From Burkholderiaceae bacterium (GTDB lineage: Bacteria; Pseudomonadota; Gammaproteobacteria; Burkholderiales; Burkholderiaceae_F), in assembly GCA_013813185.1 (NCBI GenBank), contig JACCSD010000114.1, positions 1 through 26,987 on the forward strand: DNA of 26,987 nucleotides, written 5' to 3'. A program made the translations under genes and the position numbers. Positions 10,270-20,419 of this stretch are shown here, piece after piece. Numbering within the stretch: position 1 is the stretch's first letter; each line of letters opens with the position of its first letter. The notes under the pieces are model-generated. The model saw nothing but the letters and a program-made list of their open reading frames with translations, was not told the origin of the DNA and made no database searches.

Positions 10270-10284
10270 GCACTAATTGTGCCA
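10270..10284 (-). promoter_or_regulatory. sigma54 -24/-12 promoter of glnA
   Basis: Minus strand TGGCACAATTAGTGC, GG-N10-GC, about 70 nt upstream of the glnA ATG. Confidence 0.8.
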
Positions 10285-10324
10285 AAACCGAACAACTGCC
10301 GGCCGAGGGCTGCACTACCTCGTG

Positions 10325-10337
10325 CATCAAGCGGTTA
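10325..10337 (+). promoter_or_regulatory. Possible IHF site
   Basis: CATCAAGCGGTTA vs consensus WATCAANNNNTTR (one mismatch). Lies between the sigma54 motif and the NtrC site, the usual position for IHF. Confidence 0.4.
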
Positions 10338-10382
10338 CAGCGTTCCGACACGGGACTCGCGAAGCCAAACGGCCTCGGAAGC

Positions 10383-10399
10383 CGCTCGTTTATGGTGCA
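10383..10399 (-). promoter_or_regulatory. NtrC-binding enhancer site
   Basis: Minus strand TGCACCATAAACGAGCG, resembling the NtrC consensus TGCACCA-N3-TGGTGCA, about 100-115 bp upstream of the -24 element. Confidence 0.6.
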
Positions 10400-10419
10400 G
10401 TATGCCCCGAAACCGGGCG

Positions 10420-11676
10420 TCAGCAGGCACCCGGTTTGGGCGCGGGCGTTGCCAGAAAAAGCGCCTGCAGATCCGACAGGAAACGCATACCGAGCGGCGT
10501 GGGACCAAACGTCCGGTGGTCGCGAGCCAGCAAACCACGCTGCTCCGCCACGTTTAGTTTCGATTCGATGGAGCTGAGTGACAAGCCGGTTCTTTGATAA
10601 AAGGAATCGCTCGCTACCCCTTCGGTCAACCGCAAGGCGTTCAGCATGAATTCGAAGGGCAGCTCATCACGCGACACTTCGTGGCTTTGCGCCACGAATT
10701 CGCCGCCCGCTGCGCGTTGCAGATAGGACGCCGGCTGGCGAAACCGCACCTGGCGGACGACGCGATGCGGAAAAGAGATCTTGCTATGCGCGCCAGCGCC
10801 AATGCCAAGGTAATCGCCGAACGTCCAGTAGTTCAGGTTATGCCGGCAGTCGCGGCCCGGTCTTGAAAACGCCGACACTTCGTAGCGACGATACCCGGCG
10901 TCCGACGTCCGCACCTCGAGCCAGTCGTACATCGCTGCCGACGCGTCTTCGTCGGGTAGCGCCGGCGGATGTTTCGCGAACACGGTGTTTGGCTCCAACG
11001 TCAGCTGATACAGCGACAAATGCGGCGGCTGCGCAGCGAGCGCGTGGTTGATGTCGTCCTGCAACTCGGCGAGCGACTGACCGGGGAGCGCGTACATCAA
11101 GTCCAGGTTGAAGTTCTCGAAGTGCCGATGCGCGATGTCAATCGCGGCAAATGCCTGCGCGCGATCGTGTATCCGGCCGAGCGCCTCCAGCTTTTGCTCG
11201 TCGAACGATTGGATACCAATCGACAACCGATTCACGCCTGAGGCGCGGTATGCCGCAAACCGTTCCGCTTCGAACGTGCCCGGGTTCGCTTCGAGGGTGA
11301 CTTCGCAATCGACTGCGAGCGGCAGCAGCGCGCGAACGTCCGACAGCAAGCGGTCCACCGCTCGCGCGCTCATCAAACTCGGCGTTCCGCCGCCGATGAA
11401 GACGCTGATGATGCGGCGTCCCCAGACGAGCGGCAGCGCGGCTTCCAGATCCGCGCGCAGCGCGTCCAGGTAATCATCTTCGGGAGCGCCCTGCGGGCTC
11501 GCCTCGTGCGAATTGAAGTCGCAATACGGGCACTTGCGTACGCACCACGGGTAGTGAACGTAGAGCGACAGTGGCGGCAGCGCCGGCAGGTTGATGCTGC
11601 CGGGGCGAAGATACGTCGACACGTCCGCCACGTGCGCTGGCGACTGTTCGGGCTTGATCTCGATGATCGAAGACAT
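10420..11676 (-). CDS. hemW: Radical SAM heme chaperone HemW (YggW/HemN-like)
   Basis: LSLYVHYPWCVRKCPYCDFNS (CxxxCxxC), FIGGGTPS, EANP, NLDLMYALPGQ, HNLNYW. Adjacent to rdgB. Confidence 0.93.
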   Translation of the reverse strand: MSSIIEIKPEQSPAHVADVSTYLRPGSINLPALPPLSLYVHYPWCVRKCPYCDFNSHEASPQGAPEDDYLDALRADLEAALPLVWGRRIISVFIGGGTPSLMSARAVDRLLSDVRALLPLAVDCEVTLEANPGTFEAERFAAYRASGVNRLSIGIQSFDEQKLEALGRIHDRAQAFAAIDIAHRHFENFNLDLMYALPGQSLAELQDDINHALAAQPPHLSLYQLTLEPNTVFAKHPPALPDEDASAAMYDWLEVRTSDAGYRRYEVSAFSRPGRDCRHNLNYWTFGDYLGIGAGAHSKISFPHRVVRQVRFRQPASYLQRAAGGEFVAQSHEVSRDELPFEFMLNALRLTEGVASDSFYQRTGLSLSSIESKLNVAEQRGLLARDHRTFGPTPLGMRFLSDLQALFLATPAPKPGAC

Positions 11677-12272
11677 CAGCGCCAGTCAACCATCTTCTTC
11701 GCTAAGGCCCGCAGGGCAAGGCCTCGATGACTGATCCGATTTTTGTGCGCGGGATCGAGCTCGGCGGCGGTCACGCCGAGGTCAGGAAGATAGAACAACG
11801 GGTCGTAGCCGAAGCCGCCGTGGCCGCGCGGCGCCTGCGCAATCTCGCCGTCCCAGCGCGCATCGACGATCAGAGGCTCTGCGTCGCCAGCCGTGCGAAC
11901 GGCGACGAGCACACACGTGTAATGCGCCTGCCGGCCTGTGACGCCGGCGAGTCGCCGCAGCAGCTCCGCGTTGTTGCTCTGATCATTCGCCGAATCGCCC
12001 GCGAAGCGCGCGGATGAGACGCCGGGTGCACCGTTCAAGGCATCCACGCAGATTCCCGAGTCGTCGGCCAGCGCCGCCATTTCAGTCAGCGCCGACGCGT
12101 GACGCGCCTTGGCAAGCGCATTTTCGATGAACGTCAGATGCGGCTCGTCGGCCGCGCCGACGCCTAATTCGCCTTGCGCCACGAGTCCCCAGGCCGAGCC
12201 GTGCAAAAGCGTCGACATCTCGCGCAGCTTTGCCGCGTTGTTGGAGGCCAGCACGATGCGGCGCCGGCTCAC
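11676..12272 (-). CDS. rdgB: Non-canonical purine NTP pyrophosphatase RdgB/HAM1
   Basis: [46 protein letters not shown] start overlapping the rph stop. Confidence 0.96.
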   Translation of the reverse strand: MSRRRIVLASNNAAKLREMSTLLHGSAWGLVAQGELGVGAADEPHLTFIENALAKARHASALTEMAALADDSGICVDALNGAPGVSSARFAGDSANDQSNNAELLRRLAGVTGRQAHYTCVLVAVRTAGDAEPLIVDARWDGEIAQAPRGHGGFGYDPLFYLPDLGVTAAELDPAHKNRISHRGLALRALAKKMVDWR

Positions 12273-12997
12273 AACTCGAGCGCGTGCTTCTGCGCGGCAA
12301 TCAGCGAGCGGATGCCCCCGTCCGCCAATTGCAGCATCGACTCCATTTGTTGCGCGGTAAACGGCGCGCCCTCCGCTGTGCCCTGGACTTCAACGAAGCC
12401 GCCGGTGCCGGTCATCACCACGTTCATGTCGGTATCGCAGCCCGAATCTTCGACGTAATCGAGATCGAGCACCGGGACGCCTCGATGCAGACCGACCGAT
12501 ACCGCCGCCACAAAATCCGACAACGGTACGTTATCGATCATCCCGCGCGCGCGCAGCCAGCGGCAGGCGTCGTACGCGGCGACATAACCGCCCGTGATCG
12601 CCGCTGTGCGCGTTCCACCGTCGGCCTGAATGACGTCGCAATCGATGTGCAGCGAGCGCTCGCCAAGCGCCGCCAGATTGAACACAGCGCGCAGACTGCG
12701 CCCGATCAGTCGCTGGATTTCCTGGGTGCGGCCGCCTTGCTTGCCGCGCGCGGCTTCGCGGTCCGAGCGCGTATGCGTCGAGCGCGGAAGCATGCCGTAC
12801 TCGGCGGTCACCCAGCCCTCGCCTTTGCCCTTCAGGAACGCAGGAACGCGTTCTTCGACGCTCGCAGTGCAAATAACGCGGGTATCGCCGAACTCGACCA
12901 GTACAGAGCCTTCCGCATGCTTGGTGAAATTGCGCAGCAGGCGCACCGGACGCAACTCATCGGGGCGACGGCCGCTGGGCCGTGAACTTGAAATCAT
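12269..12997 (-). CDS. rph: Ribonuclease PH
   Basis: [48 protein letters not shown]. Start set at ATG 12997 (the track extends to GTG 13024). Confidence 0.97.
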   Translation of the reverse strand: MISSSRPSGRRPDELRPVRLLRNFTKHAEGSVLVEFGDTRVICTASVEERVPAFLKGKGEGWVTAEYGMLPRSTHTRSDREAARGKQGGRTQEIQRLIGRSLRAVFNLAALGERSLHIDCDVIQADGGTRTAAITGGYVAAYDACRWLRARGMIDNVPLSDFVAAVSVGLHRGVPVLDLDYVEDSGCDTDMNVVMTGTGGFVEVQGTAEGAPFTAQQMESMLQLADGGIRSLIAAQKHALEL

Positions 12998-13044
12998 TAG
13001 CTTTTGCGTGGGGCGGAGCCGCACGCTTCCCTGAACGTAACTCG

Positions 13045-13983
13045 CTATTTTGCGACGAGTTTGCCGCTGCGCTGAATCGCCTTCTGGATTTCGGCGACAG
13101 CGTCGTCGATTTGCTCTTCGGACAGCTCTTCGTCGACGCCTGGCTCCCCGACTCTTGGCATCTGAATCGTCGATGCAACCGTCCCCTCGGGAATCAGCAA
13201 CGTCGATACCGGTGCCTCGCTCGGCGGCACCATCTCCATAGACTCGGTGCCGGCCCAGGTCATCGCGACGCCGGTGCAGTTATCCGACTCGGGTCCGCCC
13301 AGCTCCAGCGCGAGCTCTATTAACTCCGGCACCGCGCGCATGACCGTCTTGCCGACGAAAGCGTCGGCGACTTGACGATCGTTCAACGTGCCCCACAGGC
13401 CGTCCGAACACAGCAGCAGCGTGTCGCCGTTGCGCAAAGCCACCGGCCGGCTGATCTCGACCGTCGGTGCGACGTAGGCGCCGATGCAGTTGAATATGCG
13501 ATTGCGTTCGGGATGATCCTTCGCGTCTTCGGGGCGTATCAAGCCCGATTGCACCAGGTGGTGCACGCGCGAATGGTCGATTGTGCGATCCAGAATGCGC
13601 CCGCCGCGAATCATGTACAGCCGGGAGTCACCCACGTGTGCCCAGATCGCAACGCCTTGTTGCACGATGCACGCCACCAGTGTCGTGCGCGGCGCCTCGG
13701 GCAGACTGTGCTCGGCCCGGTACCGATGCAATTCGCGATGTGCGGCCAGCACCGAATCTTCGAGAAAGCGCACCGGGTCAGGCAACAGCGGCTTGGCATC
13801 GCGCTGATAAATCGATGCCAACGTTTGCAGCGTCAGCTGCGAAGCCACCTCGCCGCGCGCGTGACCCCCCATCCCGTCGGCCACCAGCATCAGCATCGAA
13901 TCGCGCGTGTACAGGTACCCCATGCGATCCTGGTTGATCCGCCGGCCGCCTTTCTTGCTCTCTTGGTAAACGGAAAAACGCAT
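13045..13983 (-). CDS. PP2C/PPM-family Ser/Thr phosphatase
   Basis: [32 protein letters not shown] and DNCT metal-binding motifs. Confidence 0.93.
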   Translation of the reverse strand: MRFSVYQESKKGGRRINQDRMGYLYTRDSMLMLVADGMGGHARGEVASQLTLQTLASIYQRDAKPLLPDPVRFLEDSVLAAHRELHRYRAEHSLPEAPRTTLVACIVQQGVAIWAHVGDSRLYMIRGGRILDRTIDHSRVHHLVQSGLIRPEDAKDHPERNRIFNCIGAYVAPTVEISRPVALRNGDTLLLCSDGLWGTLNDRQVADAFVGKTVMRAVPELIELALELGGPESDNCTGVAMTWAGTESMEMVPPSEAPVSTLLIPEGTVASTIQMPRVGEPGVDEELSEEQIDDAVAEIQKAIQRSGKLVAK

Positions 13984-14054
13984 GAAGGAACGATCGCTCG
14001 AGAGATCTGCTACAACGCGACCAAGTTTCGCGCCTTTTGCACGCAGTTACTCTC

Positions 14055-14086
14055 AAAAAATCGTCTGGCTTTGCCAGCGATTTTTT
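14055..14086. terminator. Intrinsic terminator-like hairpin (potentially bidirectional)
   Basis: AAAAAATCG-T-CTGGC-TTT-GCCAG-CGATTTTTT, between the kinase and phosphatase genes. Confidence 0.55.
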
Positions 14087-14096
14087 GCAAACCAAT

Positions 14097-14126
14097 CGCA
14101 CAAAAGTAGGGGTGCACTTTTGTGCG
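14097..14126. other. Perfect 11-bp inverted repeat after the kinase stop codon
   Basis: CGCACAAAAGT (14097-14107), 8-nt loop, ACTTTTGTGCG (14116-14126). Confidence 0.7.
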
Positions 14127-14130
14127 CCTC

Positions 14131-15126
14131 TTAGAACCAGGTGATGTTGTGATCCTTCATGAAACGGGTGACCCGCTCCTGCAGGTTGCGCCAGCGCGCA
14201 CCGGTGCGCTCGGCCATCGAGAACTCGGGCCGCTCGGGCACGTTTTGCAGCAGCTCCTTTTGCACCGCGAACACCGTCTGCGGCCGTTCCAATGAATTGA
14301 GCCGCAAACAGCGCTCAACCATCGAGATCAACTGATTCGAGTACAAACCGCGAAACGAGCGCAGCGCGGTCGGCATCTTGTCTTCCTTGAGCCGATGGTC
14401 TGATTCCTGCGGCGGCATGCCCGACATGCACGCATAGACGCACGATCCGATCGAATACACGTCGGTCCACGGGCCAAGCTCGGCATCGCGCTTGTACAGC
14501 TCGGGCGCGGCGAAGCCCGGCGTATACATCGGATAGGTCTTGCTGATGTCTCTCTGCAGCGTCTGCCGCGCCGCGCCGAAATCGAGCAGGATCGGCGTGC
14601 CGTCCATCCGCAGGTACACGTTGGCGGGTTTGACGTCGAGATGCAACAAGCGATTCGAATGCACTTCGCGCAACCCATTCATCACCTGCGCGAACACGCG
14701 CCGGATGAAGCGCTCGGACAAAACGTCTTTCTGGTCCTTGTTCCGGTTGCGCAATACGTGTTCCTGCAGCGAGCGACCGGATTCGTAGTGCATCACCATG
14801 TATACCGTCTCGTTCGCGCGAAAAAAATTGATCACGCGAACGATGTTCGGGTGGTAGATCGACGCGAGCGCCCGGCCTTCCTCGAAGAAGCACTTCAGGC
14901 CGATGCGGTAGGTGTTCAAATTCTCGGGCGCGATGTAAGGCGCCAGCTCGCCCGGCTTGCGCTGCGCCAGAGCGGCCGGCATGTATTCCTTGATCGCCAC
15001 CGAGTTGCCTTGTTCATCGGTCGCCAGATAGACGATCGAGAATCCGCCTGAAGATATCTTCTTTACAATGCGATATCCGCCGACCTCGAGGCTTTCAGGT
15101 AACGATGAGTTGGTTTGCGCGGGCAT
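14131..15126 (-). CDS. Hanks-type Ser/Thr protein kinase
   Basis: GGFSIVY glycine loop, VAIKEY, HLDVKPAN catalytic loop, DFG, YTPGFAAPE, DVYSIG. Soluble, no TM. Start at ATG 15126 preferred over 15189. Confidence 0.93.
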   Translation of the reverse strand: MPAQTNSSLPESLEVGGYRIVKKISSGGFSIVYLATDEQGNSVAIKEYMPAALAQRKPGELAPYIAPENLNTYRIGLKCFFEEGRALASIYHPNIVRVINFFRANETVYMVMHYESGRSLQEHVLRNRNKDQKDVLSERFIRRVFAQVMNGLREVHSNRLLHLDVKPANVYLRMDGTPILLDFGAARQTLQRDISKTYPMYTPGFAAPELYKRDAELGPWTDVYSIGSCVYACMSGMPPQESDHRLKEDKMPTALRSFRGLYSNQLISMVERCLRLNSLERPQTVFAVQKELLQNVPERPEFSMAERTGARWRNLQERVTRFMKDHNITWF

Positions 15127-15313
15127 CGTGTTGCATTTTGGGAACCGCGGCGATTCTAGCCAATAGGACTCGGTGGACCGTAACAACAATAAGGTGCGTT
15201 TTCGCCTGTTTTCGTCTTAAACCTGCGCCAACCGTCCCCGATATCTCTTGATAACTCGCCCTTGATGATGTTGCTTTCGCCGCTTTCATCGTTGCTTTCC
15301 CGTTGAATCTGCC

Positions 15314-16216
15314 GTGAAACCCGTCGCCAGCATGACCGGCTTCGCGAGTGCTGCGCGGCCAACCGCGTTGGGCCGTCTAACGCTCGAACTGCGTTCGGTC
15401 AACTCCCGCTTCCTCGACCTGTCGATGAAAATGCCCGACGACTTGCGCGGTACCGAAGCGGTCGTGCGAGAAACGATCGCCGCGCAGATCGCACGCGGAA
15501 AAGTCGAGTGCCGCATCTCGATCGCGCGCGGTGCGGGCGAAAGCGAGCCGCAACTGAATTCAGCGGCATTGGAGCAGCTCGCGGCCCTCGCATCGCAGGT
15601 GGCGCGCAGCCTGCCCGCGGTCGCGCCGATCAGCACAGCCGATGTGCTGAGCTGGCCCGGTGTCGTGGAAACGCCCGGTGCAGAGCCCGACGTGCTGCGC
15701 GCGCAAGTGTCGGCGGCGCTTATCGAAGCGCTCGCGGCATTGGCGGAATCGAGGCGCCGCGAGGGCCTGGCGCTGAGCACCATTTTGCAGGCTCAGTGTA
15801 AGCAGATCGAGCAGATTGCTGCGCAATTGGTCGAGCGTGCGCCCGAACTGATCGCCGCCGTCGAGCGCAAGTTAAATGAGCGGCTGGAAAAAGCGTTGGG
15901 ACCGGCGCTGTCGGGAGCATCAACGCTGACGCGTGAAGAAGTCTCGGAGCGCATTCGTCAGGAGGTCACGCTGTACGCGCTGAAAATGGACGTCGATGAG
16001 GAGATCAAGCGCCTTGCTACGCACGTGGTCGAAGTGCGGCGCGTGCTGCGGGCGGGGGGTGCCGTCGGGCGGCGGCTCGACTTTCTGATGCAGGAACTCA
16101 ATCGTGAAGCGAATACCCTGGGTTCGAAAGCCGCGGCGATCGAAATGACCAACGCGTCGGTTGAACTGAAGATCGTCATCGAGCAGATGCGCGAACAGAT
16201 ACAGAACCTCGAGTAA
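15314..16216 (+). CDS. yicC: YicC/YloC family endoribonuclease
   Basis: SMTGF N-terminus, SVNSRFLD, GKVEC, GRRLDFLMQELNREANTLGSK, EQMREQIQNLE. Confidence 0.96.
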   Translation: MKPVASMTGFASAARPTALGRLTLELRSVNSRFLDLSMKMPDDLRGTEAVVRETIAAQIARGKVECRISIARGAGESEPQLNSAALEQLAALASQVARSLPAVAPISTADVLSWPGVVETPGAEPDVLRAQVSAALIEALAALAESRRREGLALSTILQAQCKQIEQIAAQLVERAPELIAAVERKLNERLEKALGPALSGASTLTREEVSERIRQEVTLYALKMDVDEEIKRLATHVVEVRRVLRAGGAVGRRLDFLMQELNREANTLGSKAAAIEMTNASVELKIVIEQMREQIQNLE

Positions 16217-16225
16217 CGCCCGCCG

Positions 16226-16882
16226 ATGGCAACCCCATCCCCAGTTGCAACCCCATTCGATGACCGCGATGCAGGCAACCTGTTCATGGTGGTCGCACCT
16301 TCCGGCGCCGGGAAATCAACGCTGGTCAATGCGCTGCTCGCGCGCGAGCCGAACATTCAGTTGTCGGTTTCATTTACGACCCGCGCGCCGCGCCCTGGCG
16401 AACGGAGCGGGCGCGAGTATCACTTCGTCGGAGTCGATGAGTTCAAGCGGCGGCGCTCGGCCGGCGAGTTCATCGAAAGTGCCGAGGTGCACGGCAACTA
16501 CTACTCGACGTCGCGGGTCTGGATCGAGGAGCGAATACGCAGCGGGATCGACGTTCTGCTCGAAATAGACTGGCAAGGCGCGCGCCAGGTCAAAGCTCAG
16601 TTCGCACATGGTGTCGGAATTTTTATCCTGCCACCGTCGATCGACGCGCTCGAAGCGCGCTTGAAAAAGCGCGGGCAGGATTCGCCGGCCGTGATCGCGC
16701 GCAGGCTGTTGGCCGCCCGTAGCGAAATGGAGCACGCGCCCGAGTTCGACTACATCGTCATCAACGAGGATTTCGAGCATGCCCTGTCCCATCTGATGGC
16801 GATCGTGGCTGCGACGCGACTGCGGTTCAGTACGCAAAAGGTCCGCCATCGAGAGTTATTCACGCAATTAGGGATCGGATAG
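16226..16882 (+). CDS. gmk: Guanylate kinase
   Basis: P-loop [35 protein letters not shown]. Confidence 0.97.
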   Translation: MATPSPVATPFDDRDAGNLFMVVAPSGAGKSTLVNALLAREPNIQLSVSFTTRAPRPGERSGREYHFVGVDEFKRRRSAGEFIESAEVHGNYYSTSRVWIEERIRSGIDVLLEIDWQGARQVKAQFAHGVGIFILPPSIDALEARLKKRGQDSPAVIARRLLAARSEMEHAPEFDYIVINEDFEHALSHLMAIVAATRLRFSTQKVRHRELFTQLGIG

Positions 16883-16950
16883 CGCCGATTTGATAGCACC
16901 AACACACCGCGCTCGGCTAAAATGGCGTCATATCCCAAGAAGGTACCGCC

Positions 16951-17154
16951 ATGGCTCGCATCACCGTTGAAGACTGCCTGAAACAGATCCCGAACCGTTT
17001 TCAGCTCGCGCTGGCGGCCGCGTACCGCGCGCGCCAACTGGCACAAGGCCACACACCGAAGATCGACACGCGCGATAAGCCACCCGTGGCTGCGTTACGC
17101 GAAATCGCTCAATGCAAGGTGGGCATCGAGATGTTGCGCAAGGTTCCAACTTAG
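16951..17154 (+). CDS. rpoZ: RNA polymerase omega subunit
   Basis: [30 protein letters not shown]; gmk-rpoZ-spoT synteny; RBS GAAGG. Confidence 0.98.
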   Translation: MARITVEDCLKQIPNRFQLALAAAYRARQLAQGHTPKIDTRDKPPVAALREIAQCKVGIEMLRKVPT

Positions 17155-17210
17155 AGCGAAGCACTGCTCGAGCCCATCAGCTCCTGACCCCGACGTGGCC
17201 GGCGCGGCTG

Positions 17211-19520
17211 ATGGACTCGCAAGATCCCCCGGTTGTATCGAACGTCGCTGAGCCGGCAGCGCCCGGCTTTGCGCGGCGTGCGGCACAGGCACTCAGGAAA
17301 GCCGTCTGGCGCTCTGAGCCGAACGCCGAACCTGCGAGCGCAGTGGCCACGGTCGCGACTCTGACTGACCGGGTCAAAAAGTATCTGCCGTCCGCCGACG
17401 TTCAAAAAATCAAGGACGCCTTTCGCTTCTCGGACGAGGCGCATCTAGGCCAATTCCGGCGCAGCGGTGCACCCTACATCACACATCCGCTCGCGGTCGC
17501 GGAGATACTGACCGAATGGCGCCTGGACGGCGCGGCGATCCAGGCGGCGCTGCTGCACGACGTCATCGAAGACTGCGGTGTCGAGCAAGCGCGATTGATC
17601 GAGCGATTCGGTTCGACCGTCGCCGATCTGGTCGACGGCGTGTCGAAACTGGATCGACTCCAGTTCTCGTCAACCGAGCAGGCCCAGGCCGAGAACTTTC
17701 GCAAGATGTTGCTGGCGATGGCGCGCGATGTGCGCGTGATGCTGATCAAGCTTGCCGATCGGCTGCACAACATGCGCACGCTCGAAGCAGTCGATTCCGA
17801 GCGCCGCCGCCGTATCGCGCGTGAAACCTTGGAAATTTATGCGCCGATTGCGCACCGGCTCGGGTTGAACACATTGTTTCGAGAGCTCGAGGAGCTGAGC
17901 TTCGAGCACCTGTATCCGCTGCGCTACCAAGTGCTCAATCGAGCGGTGCTGGCGGCGCGTGGTAACCGGCGCGAAGTGCTGGGCAAGATGATGGTGGCCG
18001 TGCGCAAGTCGTTATCGGATGCAAAGCTGCGCGCGGAAGTGCAGGGGCGCGAGAAGACCGTCTATGGCATCTACCGAAAAATGGCCGACAAGCGGCTTTC
18101 GTTTTCTCAGGTGCTCGACATCTATGGCTTTCGCGTCGTGGTCGACACACTGGCGCAGTGTTATCTGGCGCTGGGTACGCTGCACAGTCTCTACAAGCCC
18201 GTGCCGGGCAAGTTCAAGGACTACATCGCGATTCCCAAAGTCAACGGCTACCAGTCCCTGCACACGACGCTGATCGGGCCCTACGGCACGCCGGTGGAGT
18301 TTCAGATCCGCACCAAGGACATGCACCATGTGGCCGAAACCGGCGTCGCCGCCCACTGGCTATACAAAGACGACGATTCCGATCTTTCGGAACTGCAATC
18401 GCGAACGCATCAGTGGCTGCAATCGCTGTTGGAAATCCAGCGTCAGACGGGTGACTCGAGCGAGTTTCTCGAACACATCAAAGTCGATCTATTTCCTGAC
18501 AAGGTTTACATCTTCACTCCGAAGGGCCGAATCGTGGCGCTGCCGCGGGATGCGACCCCCGTCGACTTTGCCTACAGCATCCACACCGACGTTGGCAACA
18601 AGACCGTTGCCGCCCGCATCAACAACGAGATCCAGCCGCTGCGCACGCAACTGAAAAACGGTGACATGGTTGAAATCGTGACCGGGCCCGAAGCGAAACC
18701 TAATCCGGCGTGGGTCTCATTTGTCAGAACCGGCAAGGCGCGCTCGGAGATTCGCCACTTTCTGCGCACGATGAAGTTCGGCGAGTCCGTCGAACTGGGT
18801 GAGCGTCTGCTTGCGCAAGCTGCTCAGCAATTCAGCCTGGCACTTAGCGATATCGGCGAAGAACAGTGGAGCAAGGTCCTCAAACAATCGGACAACAAGT
18901 CACGCGAAGACTTGCTGGCCGATATCGGTCTGGGCCGCAAGCTGCCGGCCGTTGTCGCACGCCAACTTGCATTGGATTCGGCCGAGAGCGAGGATCCTCA
19001 AAGTGCGGGCCCGATTGCGCAGGCCAGCCAGGTACCGGTCGTTGTGCGCGGCACCGAAGGCATGGCCGTGCAGATGGCGACCTGCTGCCATCCGATCCCG
19101 GACGATGCAATCGTCGGGCACATCCGTAAAGGGCAGGGATTGGCGGTGCATCAGGCCGAGTGTTTACACGCGCAGCGCGCTCGACGCGCCGATCCGGATC
19201 GCTGGATCGAATTGCAGTGGGCCAAGGATCCGGCGAGCAATTTTACGGTCGGGGTCGACGTCAGCGCGCTCAACGAGCGCGGTGTACTGGGCCGGATCGC
19301 AGTCGCCATCGCCGAAGCCGAGTCGAACATCCTCAACGTGCATCTTGAAGACGAGGACGCCAGGCTCGCGTTGATTCATTTCAAAATTCAAGTTCACGAT
19401 CGCGTGCACCTGGCGCGCGTGATCCGCGCCTTACGCCGCGTCAAGAATGTGCAGCAGATCGTACGGCCGCGCGGGGGCGGCACAAGTAACGCGCGCGCAC
19501 ACGCTCACGATCTGGCGTAA
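17211..19520 (+). CDS. spoT: Bifunctional (p)ppGpp synthetase/hydrolase (long RSH)
   Basis: Hydrolase motifs RRSGAPYITHP and LLHDVIED, synthetase KFKDYIAIPKVNGYQSLHT, TGS (FTPKG), C-terminal ACT. Start at ATG 17211 preferred over 17112, which overlaps rpoZ. Confidence 0.96.
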   Translation: MDSQDPPVVSNVAEPAAPGFARRAAQALRKAVWRSEPNAEPASAVATVATLTDRVKKYLPSADVQKIKDAFRFSDEAHLGQFRRSGAPYITHPLAVAEILTEWRLDGAAIQAALLHDVIEDCGVEQARLIERFGSTVADLVDGVSKLDRLQFSSTEQAQAENFRKMLLAMARDVRVMLIKLADRLHNMRTLEAVDSERRRRIARETLEIYAPIAHRLGLNTLFRELEELSFEHLYPLRYQVLNRAVLAARGNRREVLGKMMVAVRKSLSDAKLRAEVQGREKTVYGIYRKMADKRLSFSQVLDIYGFRVVVDTLAQCYLALGTLHSLYKPVPGKFKDYIAIPKVNGYQSLHTTLIGPYGTPVEFQIRTKDMHHVAETGVAAHWLYKDDDSDLSELQSRTHQWLQSLLEIQRQTGDSSEFLEHIKVDLFPDKVYIFTPKGRIVALPRDATPVDFAYSIHTDVGNKTVAARINNEIQPLRTQLKNGDMVEIVTGPEAKPNPAWVSFVRTGKARSEIRHFLRTMKFGESVELGERLLAQAAQQFSLALSDIGEEQWSKVLKQSDNKSREDLLADIGLGRKLPAVVARQLALDSAESEDPQSAGPIAQASQVPVVVRGTEGMAVQMATCCHPIPDDAIVGHIRKGQGLAVHQAECLHAQRARRADPDRWIELQWAKDPASNFTVGVDVSALNERGVLGRIAVAIAEAESNILNVHLEDEDARLALIHFKIQVHDRVHLARVIRALRRVKNVQQIVRPRGGGTSNARAHAHDLA

Positions 19521-20053
19521 TTCACGTCGAGCACTTCGAGCGTTTCAGTGCCGGCTGGCGTGCGCAACGTGACCGTGTCGCCGGCGTATGCCTTCAGCAA
19601 CGCGCCAGCGATCGGCGAAATCCAGCTGACAAACCCTCGCGCCGGATCGACTTCGTCGACGCCAACAATGGTCACCGTGTTCTCGCTGCCATCGGGCAGC
19701 ACATAGCGCACAGTGGCGCCGAAAAAGACTTGCTCGGTGACTTCGCGAGCGGCGGGATCGACAACTTCGGCCACATCCAGCCGCTTGGTTAGGAACCGGA
19801 TGCGTCGGTCGATCTCTCTGAGGCGCTTTTTGCCATAGATGTAGTCACCGTTTTCAGAGCGATCCCCGTTAGAGGCGGCCCAGGAAACGGTTCGCACAAC
19901 CTCTGGCCGGTCCGTATTCAACAATTGCAGAAGTTCATCTTTCAAACGCTGATGCCCGGCGGGCGTGATGTAGTTGCGCACACCGGCAATCTGCGGCGGG
20001 TTAAGCTCATCGTCGTCCTGATCGTCGGACTCTTTGACGAATGCCTTACTCAT
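19505..20053 (-). CDS. greB: Transcription elongation factor GreB
   Basis: MSKAF, WAASNGDRSENGDYIYGKKRLREIDRRIRFL, ISWISPIA-type C-terminal motif (VSWISPIA). Confidence 0.96.
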   Translation of the reverse strand: MSKAFVKESDDQDDDELNPPQIAGVRNYITPAGHQRLKDELLQLLNTDRPEVVRTVSWAASNGDRSENGDYIYGKKRLREIDRRIRFLTKRLDVAEVVDPAAREVTEQVFFGATVRYVLPDGSENTVTIVGVDEVDPARGFVSWISPIAGALLKAYAGDTVTLRTPAGTETLEVLDVNYARS

Positions 20054-20133
20054 TACGGACGACCCGCATCTTCCGTTATGCCGTACGCCGAGAGCCCGCG
20101 AAGACCGCTGGCGAGGTGCTAACGTACTCGTAA

Positions 20134-20397
20134 CTACTTCGGATTGTTTTTCCCCGTCTTGATGTCCTCAGGGCGGTCAAGCAGCGGATCCTCGTCCTTT
20201 GCACGTTCTCGTCCGACCTGTTCCGCACGTTCGAGCTGTTGCTGCTCGCCGTCGCTTTGGGGCTGTGCGTCGCGGGCGGCTTCCGCAACGTCTTCCTCCT
20301 GGACAAACTCACGCGTCGCCTCGTTGTACCGGCGCGCAGCTTTGTGATCACCTTCGCCTTGCACTTCGCTTTTCGTGTTTGGTTGATTGTCTGCCAT
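20134..20397 (-). CDS. Small hydrophilic hypothetical protein (87 aa)
   Basis: MADNQPNTKSEVQGEGDHKAARRYNEATREFV...; GGAG RBS before ATG 20397; highly charged. Confidence 0.75.
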   Translation of the reverse strand: MADNQPNTKSEVQGEGDHKAARRYNEATREFVQEEDVAEAARDAQPQSDGEQQQLERAEQVGRERAKDEDPLLDRPEDIKTGKNNPK

Positions 20398-20419
20398 CAC
20401 GTCTCCCAAGTAAATAAAG

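Noticed and set aside
13045-15126. Kinase/phosphatase as a T6SS or anti-phage module
   Set aside because: No FHA, Tss, vWA or other defence-associated neighbours; flanks are core housekeeping genes.
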